Of a stretch of 64,000 nucleotides of DNA, positions 1-9,509 are shown piece after piece. The notes beneath the pieces are model-generated. The model saw only the letters and a list, made by a program, of their open reading frames with translations. It was not told the DNA's origin and searched no databases. Origin of the DNA: an uncultured delta proteobacterium (GTDB taxonomy: Bacteria; Desulfobacterota_D; UBA1144; Nemesobacterales; UBA2774). Each line of letters begins with the position of its first letter. Position 1 is the first letter of the stretch. Location of the stretch: the NCBI GenBank assembly GCA_963752995.1, contig CAVWAZ010000017.1:148684-212683 (forward strand), read 5' to 3'. The position numbers and the translations under genes were made by a program.

Positions 1-312
1 CGGTTTTAACGAAGCGTGTCCGAGAACTTCACTGATATGCAGCTCACGTTGACCCGTGGAACTCCATAACGCTATATTCAGATTCTTGCTGTCGGGCCTG
101 TTAGCCGCAAGCCGTTTGAAAAGAACCGGGTCGGGTTCAATGTTAATACCGTGCCATCCCCTATACTTCTCAAAGAACAGGCAATTAGAAATCATTACCC
201 CGTCGAGCGCCCCGGCCTCTACAAAGAACCCGCCCTCTTTATTTTTAAAATAGGTCTCATATAAGACCTTATCGAGTGGAGGATCAAATTGCCCGTAAAA
301 CTCAAACTTCAT
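1..312 (-). CDS. FkbM-family SAM-dependent methyltransferase, N-terminal part (gene runs off the window edge)
   Basis: Own translation of the minus strand from ATG 312-310: MKFEFYGQFDPPLDKVLYETYFKNKEGGFFVEAGALDGVMISNCLFFEKYRGWHGINIEPDPVLFKRLAANRP... The GxFVExGAxDG ... WxGIxIEP pattern is typical of FkbM methyltransferases. The frame is open to position 1. Confidence 0.55.
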   Translation of the reverse strand, partial: MKFEFYGQFDPPLDKVLYETYFKNKEGGFFVEAGALDGVMISNCLFFEKYRGWHGINIEPDPVLFKRLAANRPDSKNLNIALWSSTGQRELHISEVLGHASLKP

Positions 313-487
313 AGTAGCCCGCCCCAGATTATAGGTGGTGGTTTCGAATTCGCTGCAAATTCATCTTCTATATTATCATCTCATTCTCAAAACTGTTATA
401 ATTCAGGCTCGTACTCCCTACACGCTTTGAATCAGCAGGTGTAGATGGTTCAGTAAAAAGAATGAGGAGAGTTAAGATAATGTATAT

Positions 488-937
488 ATGCGAGCTGTAA
501 TCCAGCGTGTAAAAGAGGCGAGGGTGGAGGTCGAAGGCGAGGTCGTGGGCCGGATAGGGGAGGGTATGCTCATACTTCTCGGGGCGGGGAAGGACGATAC
601 GGAAGAAGACGTCCGGTATCTTGCGGAGAAAATAATGTCCCTTCGCATATTCGAGGACGCGGATGGGAAGATGAACCTGTCCGTGACCGACACAGGCGGC
701 GAGGTACTGGTCGTCTCCCAGTTCACGCTCTACGGCGACTGCCGGAAAGGGAGGCGGCCGTCGTTCGACAAGGCAGCCCCTCCCGAGATAGCCGAGAGGC
801 TCTACGAGCTCTTCGTGAGCGAGATCAGGGAGCGGGGCGTTAATGTGGAAACCGGCAGGTTCCGCGCCATGATGGACGTGCATCTAGTCAATTGGGGTCC
901 TGTGACGCTTATGCTCGACAGCAAGAAGGAGTTTTAG
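488..937 (+). CDS. dtd: D-aminoacyl-tRNA deacylase, copy 1
   Basis: 149 aa, [15 protein letters not shown]...GAGKDD...[19 protein letters not shown]...[16 protein letters not shown]. Full-length match to the Dtd family pattern. Confidence 0.95.
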   Translation: MRAVIQRVKEARVEVEGEVVGRIGEGMLILLGAGKDDTEEDVRYLAEKIMSLRIFEDADGKMNLSVTDTGGEVLVVSQFTLYGDCRKGRRPSFDKAAPPEIAERLYELFVSEIRERGVNVETGRFRAMMDVHLVNWGPVTLMLDSKKEF

Positions 938-1144
938 CAGAGAGCTATGGCCTCCTCTCATGTTTAATTGCGATCACCACAAATCCAGCTTAAACCGAGC
1001 TTTACAAACAGGGAGCGGTACATACACATGATATTCTCATACGTATTTCCCCAGATTGTTTTATTCCCTGTATTGTGCTAGATTGGGGATAAACCTCTAC
1101 TTACGGCAGGATACGATAAAATATTGGTGTTGGAGGACTGGAAG

Positions 1145-2146
1145 ATGAAACTCGCGAGAGCAGTATATACGGCGACGTTTATGCTTTTGCTGCTTTTATT
1201 ATCTTTTATATTATCCGGCAATAAAGCGAATTCGCAGGAACTATACGTTACCAGCTTTAACAGCTCCCAAGTCCTCAGGTATAACGGCGCTACTGGCGCT
1301 TTCACAGACGCATTCGTAACGGCGGGGAGCGGCGGCCTGGATGCGCCTGAGGGTCTCGTCTTCAGGCCCGACGGCAGCTTATACGTAGTAAGCCTAGGCA
1401 ATAACCAGGTCCTTAGGTATAACGGCACAACTGGCGCTTTCACGGACGCATTCGTAACAGCGGGGAGCGGTGGCCTGGATGCGCCTCGGGGTCTCGTCTT
1501 CGGGCCCGACGGCAATTTATACGTAGCAAGCACAGGTAGCGACCAAGTCCTTAGGTATAACGGCGCGACAGGCGCTTTCATAGATGTATTCGCCAGCGGC
1601 GGCGGCCTGGATGCACCTTTTGGTCTCGTCTTCGGACCCGACGGCAATCTATACGTGGCAAGCGCAAATAACGACCAAGTCCTTAGGTACAACGGTGCGA
1701 CAGGCGCTTTCATAGACGCATTCGCCAGCGGCGGCGGTCTGGATTCGCCTACTGGTCTCGTCTTCGGACCCGACGGCAATCTATACGTAGCAAGCGTAGA
1801 TAACGACCAAGTCCTTAGGTATAACGGCGCTACTGGCGCTTTCACAGACGCATTCGTAACAGCGGGGAGCGGCGGCCTGGATGCGCCTATTGATCTCGTC
1901 TTCGGGCCCGACGGCAATCTATACGTAGCAAGCGCAAATAACGACCAAGTCCTCAGGTATAACGGCGATACTGGCGCTTTCATAGATGTATTCGCCAGCG
2001 GCGGCGGCCTGGATGAGCCTGTATTTTTAGTTTTTAGGGATTCTAGAAACATCCCGACGCTATCAGAGTGGGGGCTGATTGCCATGGCTTCTATTCTTGG
2101 GATAGTAGGATTTATGGCCATTAGAAAAAGAAGCGCGGCTGCCTGA
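1145..2146 (+). CDS. Secreted six-bladed NHL-repeat beta-propeller protein with IPTL-CTERM sorting signal
   Basis: ATG at 1145 lies 8 nt after GGAGG (the ORF track starts at TTG 1124). Signal peptide. Six 44-46 aa repeats QVLRYNGATGAF.D.F...GGLDAP.GLVFGPDGNLYVAS. C-terminus IPTLSEWGLIAMASILGIVGFMAIRKR. Confidence 0.85.
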   Translation: MKLARAVYTATFMLLLLLLSFILSGNKANSQELYVTSFNSSQVLRYNGATGAFTDAFVTAGSGGLDAPEGLVFRPDGSLYVVSLGNNQVLRYNGTTGAFTDAFVTAGSGGLDAPRGLVFGPDGNLYVASTGSDQVLRYNGATGAFIDVFASGGGLDAPFGLVFGPDGNLYVASANNDQVLRYNGATGAFIDAFASGGGLDSPTGLVFGPDGNLYVASVDNDQVLRYNGATGAFTDAFVTAGSGGLDAPIDLVFGPDGNLYVASANNDQVLRYNGDTGAFIDVFASGGGLDEPVFLVFRDSRNIPTLSEWGLIAMASILGIVGFMAIRKRSAAA

Positions 2147-2193
2147 ATTACATCGCTATATAGTAATCCAAGACATTCGATCCGGAAAAAATC

Positions 2194-2643
2194 TTGAGAG
2201 CCGTAATACAGCGTGTAAAAGAGGCGAGGGTGGAGGTCGATGGCGAGACCGTAGGCCGGATAGGGGAGGGTATGCTCGTGCTCCTGGGGGCGGGGAAGGA
2301 CGATACGGAAATGGACGCCGGGTATCTCGCGGAGAAGATTATGGGCCTCCGCATATTCGAGGACCCGGAGGGGAAGATGAACCTCTCCGTGACGGATACG
2401 GGCGGCGAGGTACTGGTCGTCTCCCAGTTCACGCTCTACGGCGACTGCCGGAAGGGCAGGCGGCCGTCTTTCGACAAGGCAGCCCCTCCCGAACTCGCCG
2501 AGGAATTATATGAGCTCTTCGTGAGCGAGATCAGGGAGCGCGGGGTAAAGGTCGAAACCGGCAGATTCCGCGCCATGATGGACGTGCATCTCGTCAATTG
2601 GGGCCCTGTGACGCTTATGCTGGATAGTAAGAGGGAGTTTTAG
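2194..2643 (+). CDS. dtd: D-aminoacyl-tRNA deacylase, copy 2 (TTG start)
   Basis: 149 aa, about 90% identical to the 488-937 product ([28 protein letters not shown]...). Both copies are intact. Confidence 0.9.
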   Translation: MRAVIQRVKEARVEVDGETVGRIGEGMLVLLGAGKDDTEMDAGYLAEKIMGLRIFEDPEGKMNLSVTDTGGEVLVVSQFTLYGDCRKGRRPSFDKAAPPELAEELYELFVSEIRERGVKVETGRFRAMMDVHLVNWGPVTLMLDSKREF

Positions 2644-2659
2644 GTCCACTGTCCCAATC

Positions 2660-2704
2660 GTAGGAGCGGCATCTTGCCGCGATCATAACTCGCGATCATA
2701 ACTC
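2660..2704. repeat. REP-like palindrome plus tandem 13-mer
   Basis: GTAGGAGCGGCATCTTGCCGCGA (stem GCGGCA/TGCCGC) followed by GCGATCATAACTC x2. The same REP core recurs at 14549 and, inverted, at 46949, 54944 and 58749. Confidence 0.7.
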
Positions 2705-2724
2705 TTGTCTACTAAATTTATTTT

Positions 2725-2785
2725 CCCCCTTTGTAAAGGGGGATCAGGGGGATTTAAAGACGAGATCCTGAAATAAATTCAGGAT
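2725..2785. repeat. Two perfect 8-bp hairpin motifs of the type common in metagenomic intergenic regions
   Basis: CCCCCTTTGTAAAGGGGG (2725-2742) and ATCCTGAA-ATAAA-TTCAGGAT (2765-2785). A related ATCCTGAAACAAGTTCAGGAT occurs at about 50678. Confidence 0.65.
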
Positions 2786-3048
2786 GACTGATTTAATAAC
2801 TGCAATGTTCACCCCCATCCTTCACCTTAATCGACTTAGGTAAGGACGAGTTGAATTAAGTTACTTCCCTGGCTTCGTTGAGAGAGCGACCGATTGCTCT
2901 TATCCATCGCAAACGTCCTCGTCAGACGACAGGCCCGTCCCCTGACCCGGGAACTCGTCCCCGTCGAAAAGGTGAGGGGCAGAAGTGAAGAAGGAACCAT
3001 AGAGCACCTCTGTGTTGATTTCCCCCGCTTAGACATTATATTAAAAAA

Positions 3049-3498
3049 ATGGAAAAGGTCGTCTGCACTCACCCGAGGGCAAAGAGGGATTACGTCATAG
3101 AGGAGAACTACGAGGCCGGCATCGAGCTCAAGGGCTCCGAGGTGAAATCGCTCCGCGAGAACCAGGCGAGCATAAAGGAGAGCTTCGCCATGATAAGGGA
3201 CGAGGAGGTCTTCCTCGTCAACAGCTACATAGCCCCTTACGAGAAGGCCAACATACTCAACCACGACCCGCGCAGGGAAAGGAAGCTCCTCCTCAACAAG
3301 CGGGAGATCGCCAGGCTCATGGGCAAGACGATCATAAGGGGATACACCCTCATCCCGCTCAAGATCTATTTCAAGCGGGGCAAGGCGAAGGTCGATCTCG
3401 CGCTCGGAAAGGGTAAAAAAGTCATAGACAGAAGGGACGATATAAAGAAGAGGGAAGCGGACAGGGAGATGGAAAAGGCGATGAAGAGGCGATTCTGA
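3049..3498 (+). CDS. smpB: SsrA-binding protein SmpB
   Basis: 149 aa, ...RDYVIEENYEAGIELKGSEVKSLR...LLLNKREI..L......GYTLIPLKIYFKRGKAKVDLALGKGKK. Lies immediately upstream of tmRNA. Confidence 0.95.
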   Translation: MEKVVCTHPRAKRDYVIEENYEAGIELKGSEVKSLRENQASIKESFAMIRDEEVFLVNSYIAPYEKANILNHDPRRERKLLLNKREIARLMGKTIIRGYTLIPLKIYFKRGKAKVDLALGKGKKVIDRRDDIKKREADREMEKAMKRRF

Positions 3499-3557
3499 TC
3501 CTGTATATATCCACGAAAGTAGTGTAAACTCTCCATATACCCGCCTGAGCGGCGGTC

Positions 3558-3585
3558 TTGACAATATTGAAATAATAATTATTTT
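3558..3585 (+). promoter_or_regulatory. Candidate sigma70-like promoter for tmRNA precursor
   Basis: TTGACA at 3558-3563, a 16-nt spacer, then TATTTT at 3580-3585, about 45 nt upstream of the mature tmRNA 5' end. Weak -10 element, not verified. Confidence 0.3.
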
Positions 3586-3632
3586 GTAATAGTAAGTTAC
3601 AAAGCATAATTAAAGTTTATTGTTCTTTGACA

Positions 3633-3985
<353 letters not shown>

Positions 3986-4001
3986 TCTTTATCCGTGATC
4001 T

Positions 4002-4454
4002 TTACAAGGTTTTTACGTAAGCGACAAGCTGATCGAGGGCGGTGCCCCATCCTTTATCAAATCCCCTTTCCTCATGTCTTTTGCGGCTTTCCTCGTCGGG
4101 GTGGAGAGCGATAACGGTATATTTCGTTCCGCTTCCGTGCGGCTCCAGCATTATGATTGCCGTGAAGAAGCTGTCGATACAGTCGTTCGGCTGATTGGAC
4201 GGCCGGTAGCCCTGCTCGAGCGCATCGGTCCAGACGAGCTTTTCGTTCTCGACGACTTCGAGGTAGCATCCGGTATTCGGGTGATCCTCCCCGTCCGGTG
4301 ATCGCATGACGGTGCGGAAGATACCGCCTGGGCGAAGGTCGATTTCGCAATATGTCGTCGTCCAGGGCGCGGGCGTAAACCATTTCTTCAGGTACTCCGG
4401 CGTTGTCCACGCCTTCCAGACGAGCTCTCTCGGCACATCGACGATGCGCTCCAT
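4002..4454 (-). CDS. SRPBCC / AHSA1-family (Aha1-like) protein
   Basis: 150 aa, ...[27 protein letters not shown]....[12 protein letters not shown]... Homology plausibly extends upstream ([14 protein letters not shown]) but no in-frame start is present there. Confidence 0.8.
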   Translation of the reverse strand: MERIVDVPRELVWKAWTTPEYLKKWFTPAPWTTTYCEIDLRPGGIFRTVMRSPDGEDHPNTGCYLEVVENEKLVWTDALEQGYRPSNQPNDCIDSFFTAIIMLEPHGSGTKYTVIALHPDEESRKRHEERGFDKGWGTALDQLVAYVKTL

Positions 4455-4499
4455 TACGAGATCGAGCTCGGGGATCAGGTTTATAGTTTGTACGGTTCA

Positions 4500-4835
4500 T
4501 TACTTTTTCTCCTTTAATTCTTCGAGGTAATTGTCCAGTTCGTCCAGGCGCAGCTCCCAGATCACACGCCGCCTCTCTATCCAGTGTTCAGCCGCTTTCA
4601 ACGGTTCCGGCGTCAGACGATAGGTACGTATCCGGCCCCTTTTTTGCGAGCGGACTAACCCGCACTCTTCCAGAACACCCAGATGCTGGGTGAATGAGGG
4701 CAGCGCCATGTGGAATGGCCGCGCCAGCTCGCTCACAGGCAGAGGGCCGTCACTCAGCCGTGTCAAAACAGCGCGCCGTGTCGGGTCCGACAAGGCATGA
4801 AAAACTCGATCGAGCTGTACTTGTAGGTTAGGCAT
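4500..4835 (-). CDS. ArsR/SmtB-family transcriptional regulator
   Basis: 111 aa, FHALSDPTRRAVLTRLSDGPLPVSELARPFHMALPSFTQHLGVLEECGLV winged-HTH pattern. Its stop overlaps an ATG (TAATG) at 4498-4502. Confidence 0.85.
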   Translation of the reverse strand: MPNLQVQLDRVFHALSDPTRRAVLTRLSDGPLPVSELARPFHMALPSFTQHLGVLEECGLVRSQKRGRIRTYRLTPEPLKAAEHWIERRRVIWELRLDELDNYLEELKEKK

Positions 4836-5047
4836 ATACCTAACTATACAGTAGTTGCAAGCTCATGTCAAACTTATGTGAATACCTAAGTTTTCTTTGA
4901 GGCAGGGCTCCGGGGAGACGGCGGCGGCGGCTTTAACCCCCGCCCGCGGGTTTAAACGAGACCACGCCATATACCCCACTCAGGAGCGATTTTCTTGACA
5001 ACTGCCTTTTTCACTGAACAATCATCAGGAAACCACGCGTTAAAACC

Positions 5048-5312
5048 CATGAACGTTCTTACAAAAGCATTTACTCCGTCAGTACGGTATAACCTACCGA
5101 AAACTCTGTCACGCAATAATCCAAACTCAAAAACAGCTAAAAGCTTGAGGAAAACCCGTCGATATAGCGGCATTTCGCAAGATCGCCTGTCCGGACGGGC
5201 GGGCCTGCCGCTAAACGATACCGTTGCTGTGGAATACGGCGCAAACACGAATCCAACTATTGAAACCCTCCCAAATCGCGAAGGCGTTTTGACGACGGCG
5301 TTTATGATTTAA
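5048..5312 (+). CDS. Possible small XRE-family HTH protein (diverged, start uncertain)
   Basis: ...SLRKTRRYSGISQDRLSGRAGLPLNDTVAVEYGANTNPTIETL resembles the HTH_XRE core. The expected ...QIAKAF C-terminus appears in a neighbouring frame. AT-rich context. Confidence 0.35.
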
Positions 5313-5324
5313 TCAATTAGGAAA

Positions 5325-5864
5325 ATGTTCAGACTTTATTACAAAATTATTTCGACTCCGAAGACGGTCATAGACGTTCGATCGCTCGGGTGCGGCGCCG
5401 GCATTGACATCGTCGGGAAAAAACTGGAAGCCAGGGTACAGCGGTCATTTCGCGGCTCGCTCGCCATCCGGGCCGTCGATGCCGGATCGACCAACGCATG
5501 CGAGCAGGAGCTTACCGCGCTCGGCAACGCTTATTATGACATCGAAAGATTCGGGATTCATTTTGTGGCTTCCCCGAGGCACGCGGACATGCTGATGGTC
5601 ACGGGCCCCGTTACCAGAAACATGAAAGAAGCGCTGGTAAGGACATACGAAGCAGTTCCTGACCCGAAAATTGTCGTGGCAGTCGGTGATGACGCGATAG
5701 ACGGAGGCATTTTTAAGGGTTCTTACGGAGTTTTAGACGGAGTGCACAATGTCATTCCCGTGGATTACCAAATTCCCGGAGACCCGCCGTCTCCGATAAT
5801 GTTACTTTGCGGCTTGCTGCAAATCCTTGAAATGCTCGATTCCCGCGCTAAGGCCGCTCAATAA
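5325..5864 (+). CDS. NuoB/HycG-like small subunit of a group-4-hydrogenase-related (Ehr-type) complex, lacking Fe-S ligands
   Basis: 179 aa, ...YDIERFGIHFVASPRHADMLMVTGPVTRNM...PKIVVAVG...VIPVDYQIPG.PP. Has GSTNACEQE, VGDDAIDGG and IPGDPPSP where the family has GxCxxCxxE, GxCAxxGG and GCPP. Confidence 0.8.
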   Translation: MFRLYYKIISTPKTVIDVRSLGCGAGIDIVGKKLEARVQRSFRGSLAIRAVDAGSTNACEQELTALGNAYYDIERFGIHFVASPRHADMLMVTGPVTRNMKEALVRTYEAVPDPKIVVAVGDDAIDGGIFKGSYGVLDGVHNVIPVDYQIPGDPPSPIMLLCGLLQILEMLDSRAKAAQ

Positions 5865-5866
5865 AT

Positions 5867-7908
5867 ATGTTTAACACGCTTAACTCATCAAATATATTTT
5901 TTCTGTCACTCCTCTTATGGATAGCAGGGGCGGTCGGGGCTTTGGTTTTGAGCAAAAATGACCGCCTGGCAAACTGGTGGGGAAATTCTTTTGCGATTCT
6001 CGGATCCTGCGCTGGATTATTGTTTTCTCTGTCGGTGCTGATCCTTGGCTCCACATTTTCTTTCAACATCGGCACCACTCTGCCTCTTTTGTCTTTATCT
6101 TTCAGCGTAGATAAATTATCCGCTTTTTTCATTTTCGTTATTTCACTCATCGCTTTATTGGCTTCCGTTTATGCGCTGGGATATGTAAAGCATTATTACA
6201 AACAATATAATATCGGCGCGCTCGGCTTTTTTTATAATATTTTCCTGGCCGGAATGGTCATGGTCGTCAGCGCCCACAATGCCCTTTTCTTTCTCGTCGT
6301 CTGGGAAATAATGTCTCTTGCTTCGTATTTCCTGGTTATTTATGAAAACAAGGAAAAAGAAAACGTGCAGGCGGGATCGCTTTATTTCATTATGACCCAC
6401 GTCGGAACGGCCTTCATAATGCTGGCTTTTTTACTCTTGTACCGTTCTACCGGGTCTTTAGACTTTGGCGTAATAAAAGAAACTATCGGACACAGCTCAC
6501 CGCTCGTAGCCAATGCGGTTTTCGTTCTGGCGCTTGTAGGGTTTGGAACCAAAGCGGGCATTATACCTTTTCACATCTGGCTGCCGAACGCTCACCCCGC
6601 CGCCCCGTCTCATGTTTCCGCCCTGATGTCAGGTGTGATGATCAAGACCGGCATCTATATGTTTATCCGGATGTTCATGGATATACTGCCGGACGCGCCG
6701 CTCTGGTGGGGAATCGTTATTTTAATACTGGGCGCTATATCATCGCTGTTAGGGGTTTTGTATGCCCTCACCGAATACGATATCAAAAGACTTCTGGCTT
6801 ACAGCAGCATCGAGAATATCGGGATCATTCTGCTGGGACTCGGCAGCTCGCTCGTGTTTTGGTCGCTGGATATGAAGCCGCTGGCTGTCCTTAGCCTGGT
6901 AGCCGCACTCTTTCATACTCTCAATCATGCGATATTCAAAGCATTATTATTCCTGGGAGCCGGTTCCGTTATTTCCCAAACCCATACCAGGAATATGGAA
7001 GAATACGGCGGCTTGATAAAATATATGCCGGAGACCGCGCTTTTCTTTCTTGCCGGCTCGATGGCGATATCGGCACTGCCTCCTTTGAACGGTTTTTTCA
7101 GCGAATGGATGACGTTTCAGTCTCTTTTTAGCGGAATCATGGCATCGAATATCTCGGTGCGCTGGGTATTTATGCTGGCGGCGGGATCGCTTGCGTTTAC
7201 GGGAGGGCTTGCGGCCATGTGTTTTGTGAGGCGTTCGGAGTTACATTCCTGGCGAGACCAAGAAGTGATAGTGTCCGGCACGCCCGTGAGTCCGGTTTTG
7301 CGCTTCGCATAGGCATGGCTGTCCTCGCGGTTCTCACTATAATCATAGGATTTACCGCCGGCAGCATCACAAATGCGGTATCAGGCGTTGTGAGCGGTTT
7401 AAGCGCCTTTAATTCTTACGAACCGGCATTCTTTTCAAATATATATACGGTCGGACTGCGAAGCGGCTTTGCTTCAATTTCGATGCAGCTGTCTGGCAAG
7501 TTTAATCGTAACCATAATATTGACCTTTTTCGCCGTGTATCTCGTCTCGCGTAACAGAAAAACAACGATCGGCCGCACCTGGGATTCGGAACCGACTCTC
7601 GGCCCGAGAATGGAAATCACCGGTACGGGCTTCTCCCACTCTATCGTTACTATTTTCCGCGGGGCGCTAAGCCGACTAAGCAAACGAGCATTGAGTACCG
7701 GGATGAAGATATGCGCTATTTTCAAAAATCGAGCACGGTTGAGCTTGGTATTCAGGATATTTACAACAGATATTTTTATCAGCCCGTGCATATGCTGATC
7801 TTGAGAGCTTCCGAGTATGTGAAAAGAATCCAGAGCGGCAATATCAATATGTACATACTGTACATATTGGCGATACTCATTGCCCTGCTCTTCGCTTCGG
7901 GTATGTAG
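5867..7908 (+). pseudogene. NuoL/HyfB/HycC-like antiporter subunit, at least 3 frameshifts
   Basis: ORFs 5867-7312, 7219-7554, 7469-7798 and 7711-7908 carry consecutive pieces (...GTKAGIIPFHIWLPNAHPAAPSHVSALMSGVMIKTG...; ...AFGVTFLARPRS...; ...TWDSEP..PRMEITGTGFS...; ...YFYQP...RIQSGNINMYILYIL). Confidence 0.8.
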
Positions 7909-7914
7909 GATACT

Positions 7915-8842
7915 ATGTCAATTGTAATTTGGACAATTCAAATAGCACTCGTGCCGGCCGTGTCGCCTCTGTGTATCGGCATCGTCAGAAAAATAAAAGC
8001 GAGATTCCAAAACAGAGTCGGCGCGAGTATATTTCAGCCGTACAGAGACTTGTGGAAGTTATTCCATAAGGATGAGGTGATAAGCGAGGACGCTTCCTGG
8101 ATTTTCAAATGCGCTCCCTACATTATATTTTCAACCACAGTGATTATAGGTGCAAGCATTCCGCTTTTTACTACAATATTTTCTTTCAATTCACTCGGCG
8201 ACCTGCTCGTCGTAATATATCTGATTGCTTTTGGAACTTTCTTTCTCGCCCTGGCCGGCATGGATGTGGGGAGCGCTTTCAGGGGGGTTAGATCAAGCCG
8301 GGAAATGACGGTTGCCGCCTTAACGGAGGGCGGTTTGATGTTTTCCATTCTCGTCCCGGCGTTCTCGGCTCATTCCACGAATCTTTTTGCAATCTCGGGC
8401 GCCGTCGCTTCGTTTTCGTTTTTTTGCTTTTGCCCCGATGATTCTCGCGCTCGCCGCGTTTATAATCGCCATGCTTGCCGAAACGGGGCGCTTCCCTTTC
8501 GATAACCCGGCTACCCACCTTGAGCTTACCATGATTCACGAAGCGATGGTTTTGGAATATTCGGGAAAGAAGCTGGCGCTTATCGAATGGGCGTCGGCAA
8601 ATAAGTTCTTTATCTTCCTCGCATTGGGAGCAAATCTTTTCTTCCCCTGGGGGATGTCGCCGTCGGGGCGTCTTGGGGATGTTCCGCTTGCCTTGGTATT
8701 GTTTTTTGCAAAAATTCTGGCGTTTAGCGTATTCGTTGCCGTCCTGGAATCCACTATCGTCAAATTCCGGTTTTTCAGACTGCCGGATTTATTATTCACA
8801 TCGTTTATTTTAAGCATTATTGCTATGAGTTTGACTATCTAA
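7915..8842 (+). pseudogene. NuoH/HycD-like membrane subunit, 1 frameshift in a T-rich run (~8410-8440)
   Basis: ORF 7915-8505 (...ARFQNRVGASIFQPYRDLWKLFHK...) continues in ORF 8387-8842 (...AETGRFPFDNPATHLELTMIHEAMVLEYSGKKLAL...). Confidence 0.8.
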
Positions 8843-8845
8843 ACC

Positions 8846-9505
8846 ATGATTCCTATTACGCCGCAAATATTATTCTTTCTCGAGACGATGCTGTTTGCAT
8901 CGGTCGTTTTTATGCACATCGCCAAGAAAAATTCAGGGGTAATATTTCTATATTCGGCACAGTCTTTGATCATTGCCATCGCCTTGTTTTATTCATCCCT
9001 CAAAGAGGCATCGTTATTGCTTGTGGTAGTGGCTGTCGCGACTTTTTTGGTCAAAGTGATAATCGTTCCGTATTTCTTTTCCGGGCTCATTAAAAAACAC
9101 CGGCTGCAATTTTCCGTCAGCACCTATTTGAATACTCCTATGACGCTGATCGTCCTGGCGTTATTGACCGCCCTTTCCTACTCGCATTTTTTCGGGCCAT
9201 TGACAATTCTTGCCCCGGACAAGGAAAACGCCTTATCGCTCGCCATAGCGATGGTGCTCATATCGATATTTTTAATTATTAACCGCAAAGGGGCCCTGTC
9301 CCAGATGGTCGGTATTTTGTCATTGGAAAATGCCATTGTTTCATTCGCGTACGTGGCCGGGCTTGAGACAACCGCCGGGCTGCAAGTGGGCATCCTGTTC
9401 GATATTTTTATCTGGGTCGTGATCGCGACCGTTTTTGCGTCGATGATATACCGGCACTTCGGCTCGCTCAATGTGAGCGAACTAAAACATTTAAAAGAGG
9501 AATGA
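8846..9505 (+). CDS. HyfE-like (NuoK-related) membrane subunit
   Basis: 219 aa, polytopic. Size and position between the H-like and N-like subunits match HyfE. ...LSLENAIVSFAYVAGLE... Confidence 0.6.
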   Translation: MIPITPQILFFLETMLFASVVFMHIAKKNSGVIFLYSAQSLIIAIALFYSSLKEASLLLVVVAVATFLVKVIIVPYFFSGLIKKHRLQFSVSTYLNTPMTLIVLALLTALSYSHFFGPLTILAPDKENALSLAIAMVLISIFLIINRKGALSQMVGILSLENAIVSFAYVAGLETTAGLQVGILFDIFIWVVIATVFASMIYRHFGSLNVSELKHLKEE

Positions 9506-9509
9506 TTCT

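Noticed and set aside
1268-2040. Regular 132-138-nt periodicity that could suggest a CRISPR array or satellite repeat.
   Set aside because: The repeats are contiguous with no unique spacers. They are in frame inside one ORF and encode NHL propeller blades.
3626-3631. TTGACA hexamer as a -35 element for tmRNA.
   Set aside because: It ends 2 nt before the mature tmRNA 5' end, so it cannot be its promoter. The upstream TTGACA at 3558 is the better, though still weak, candidate.
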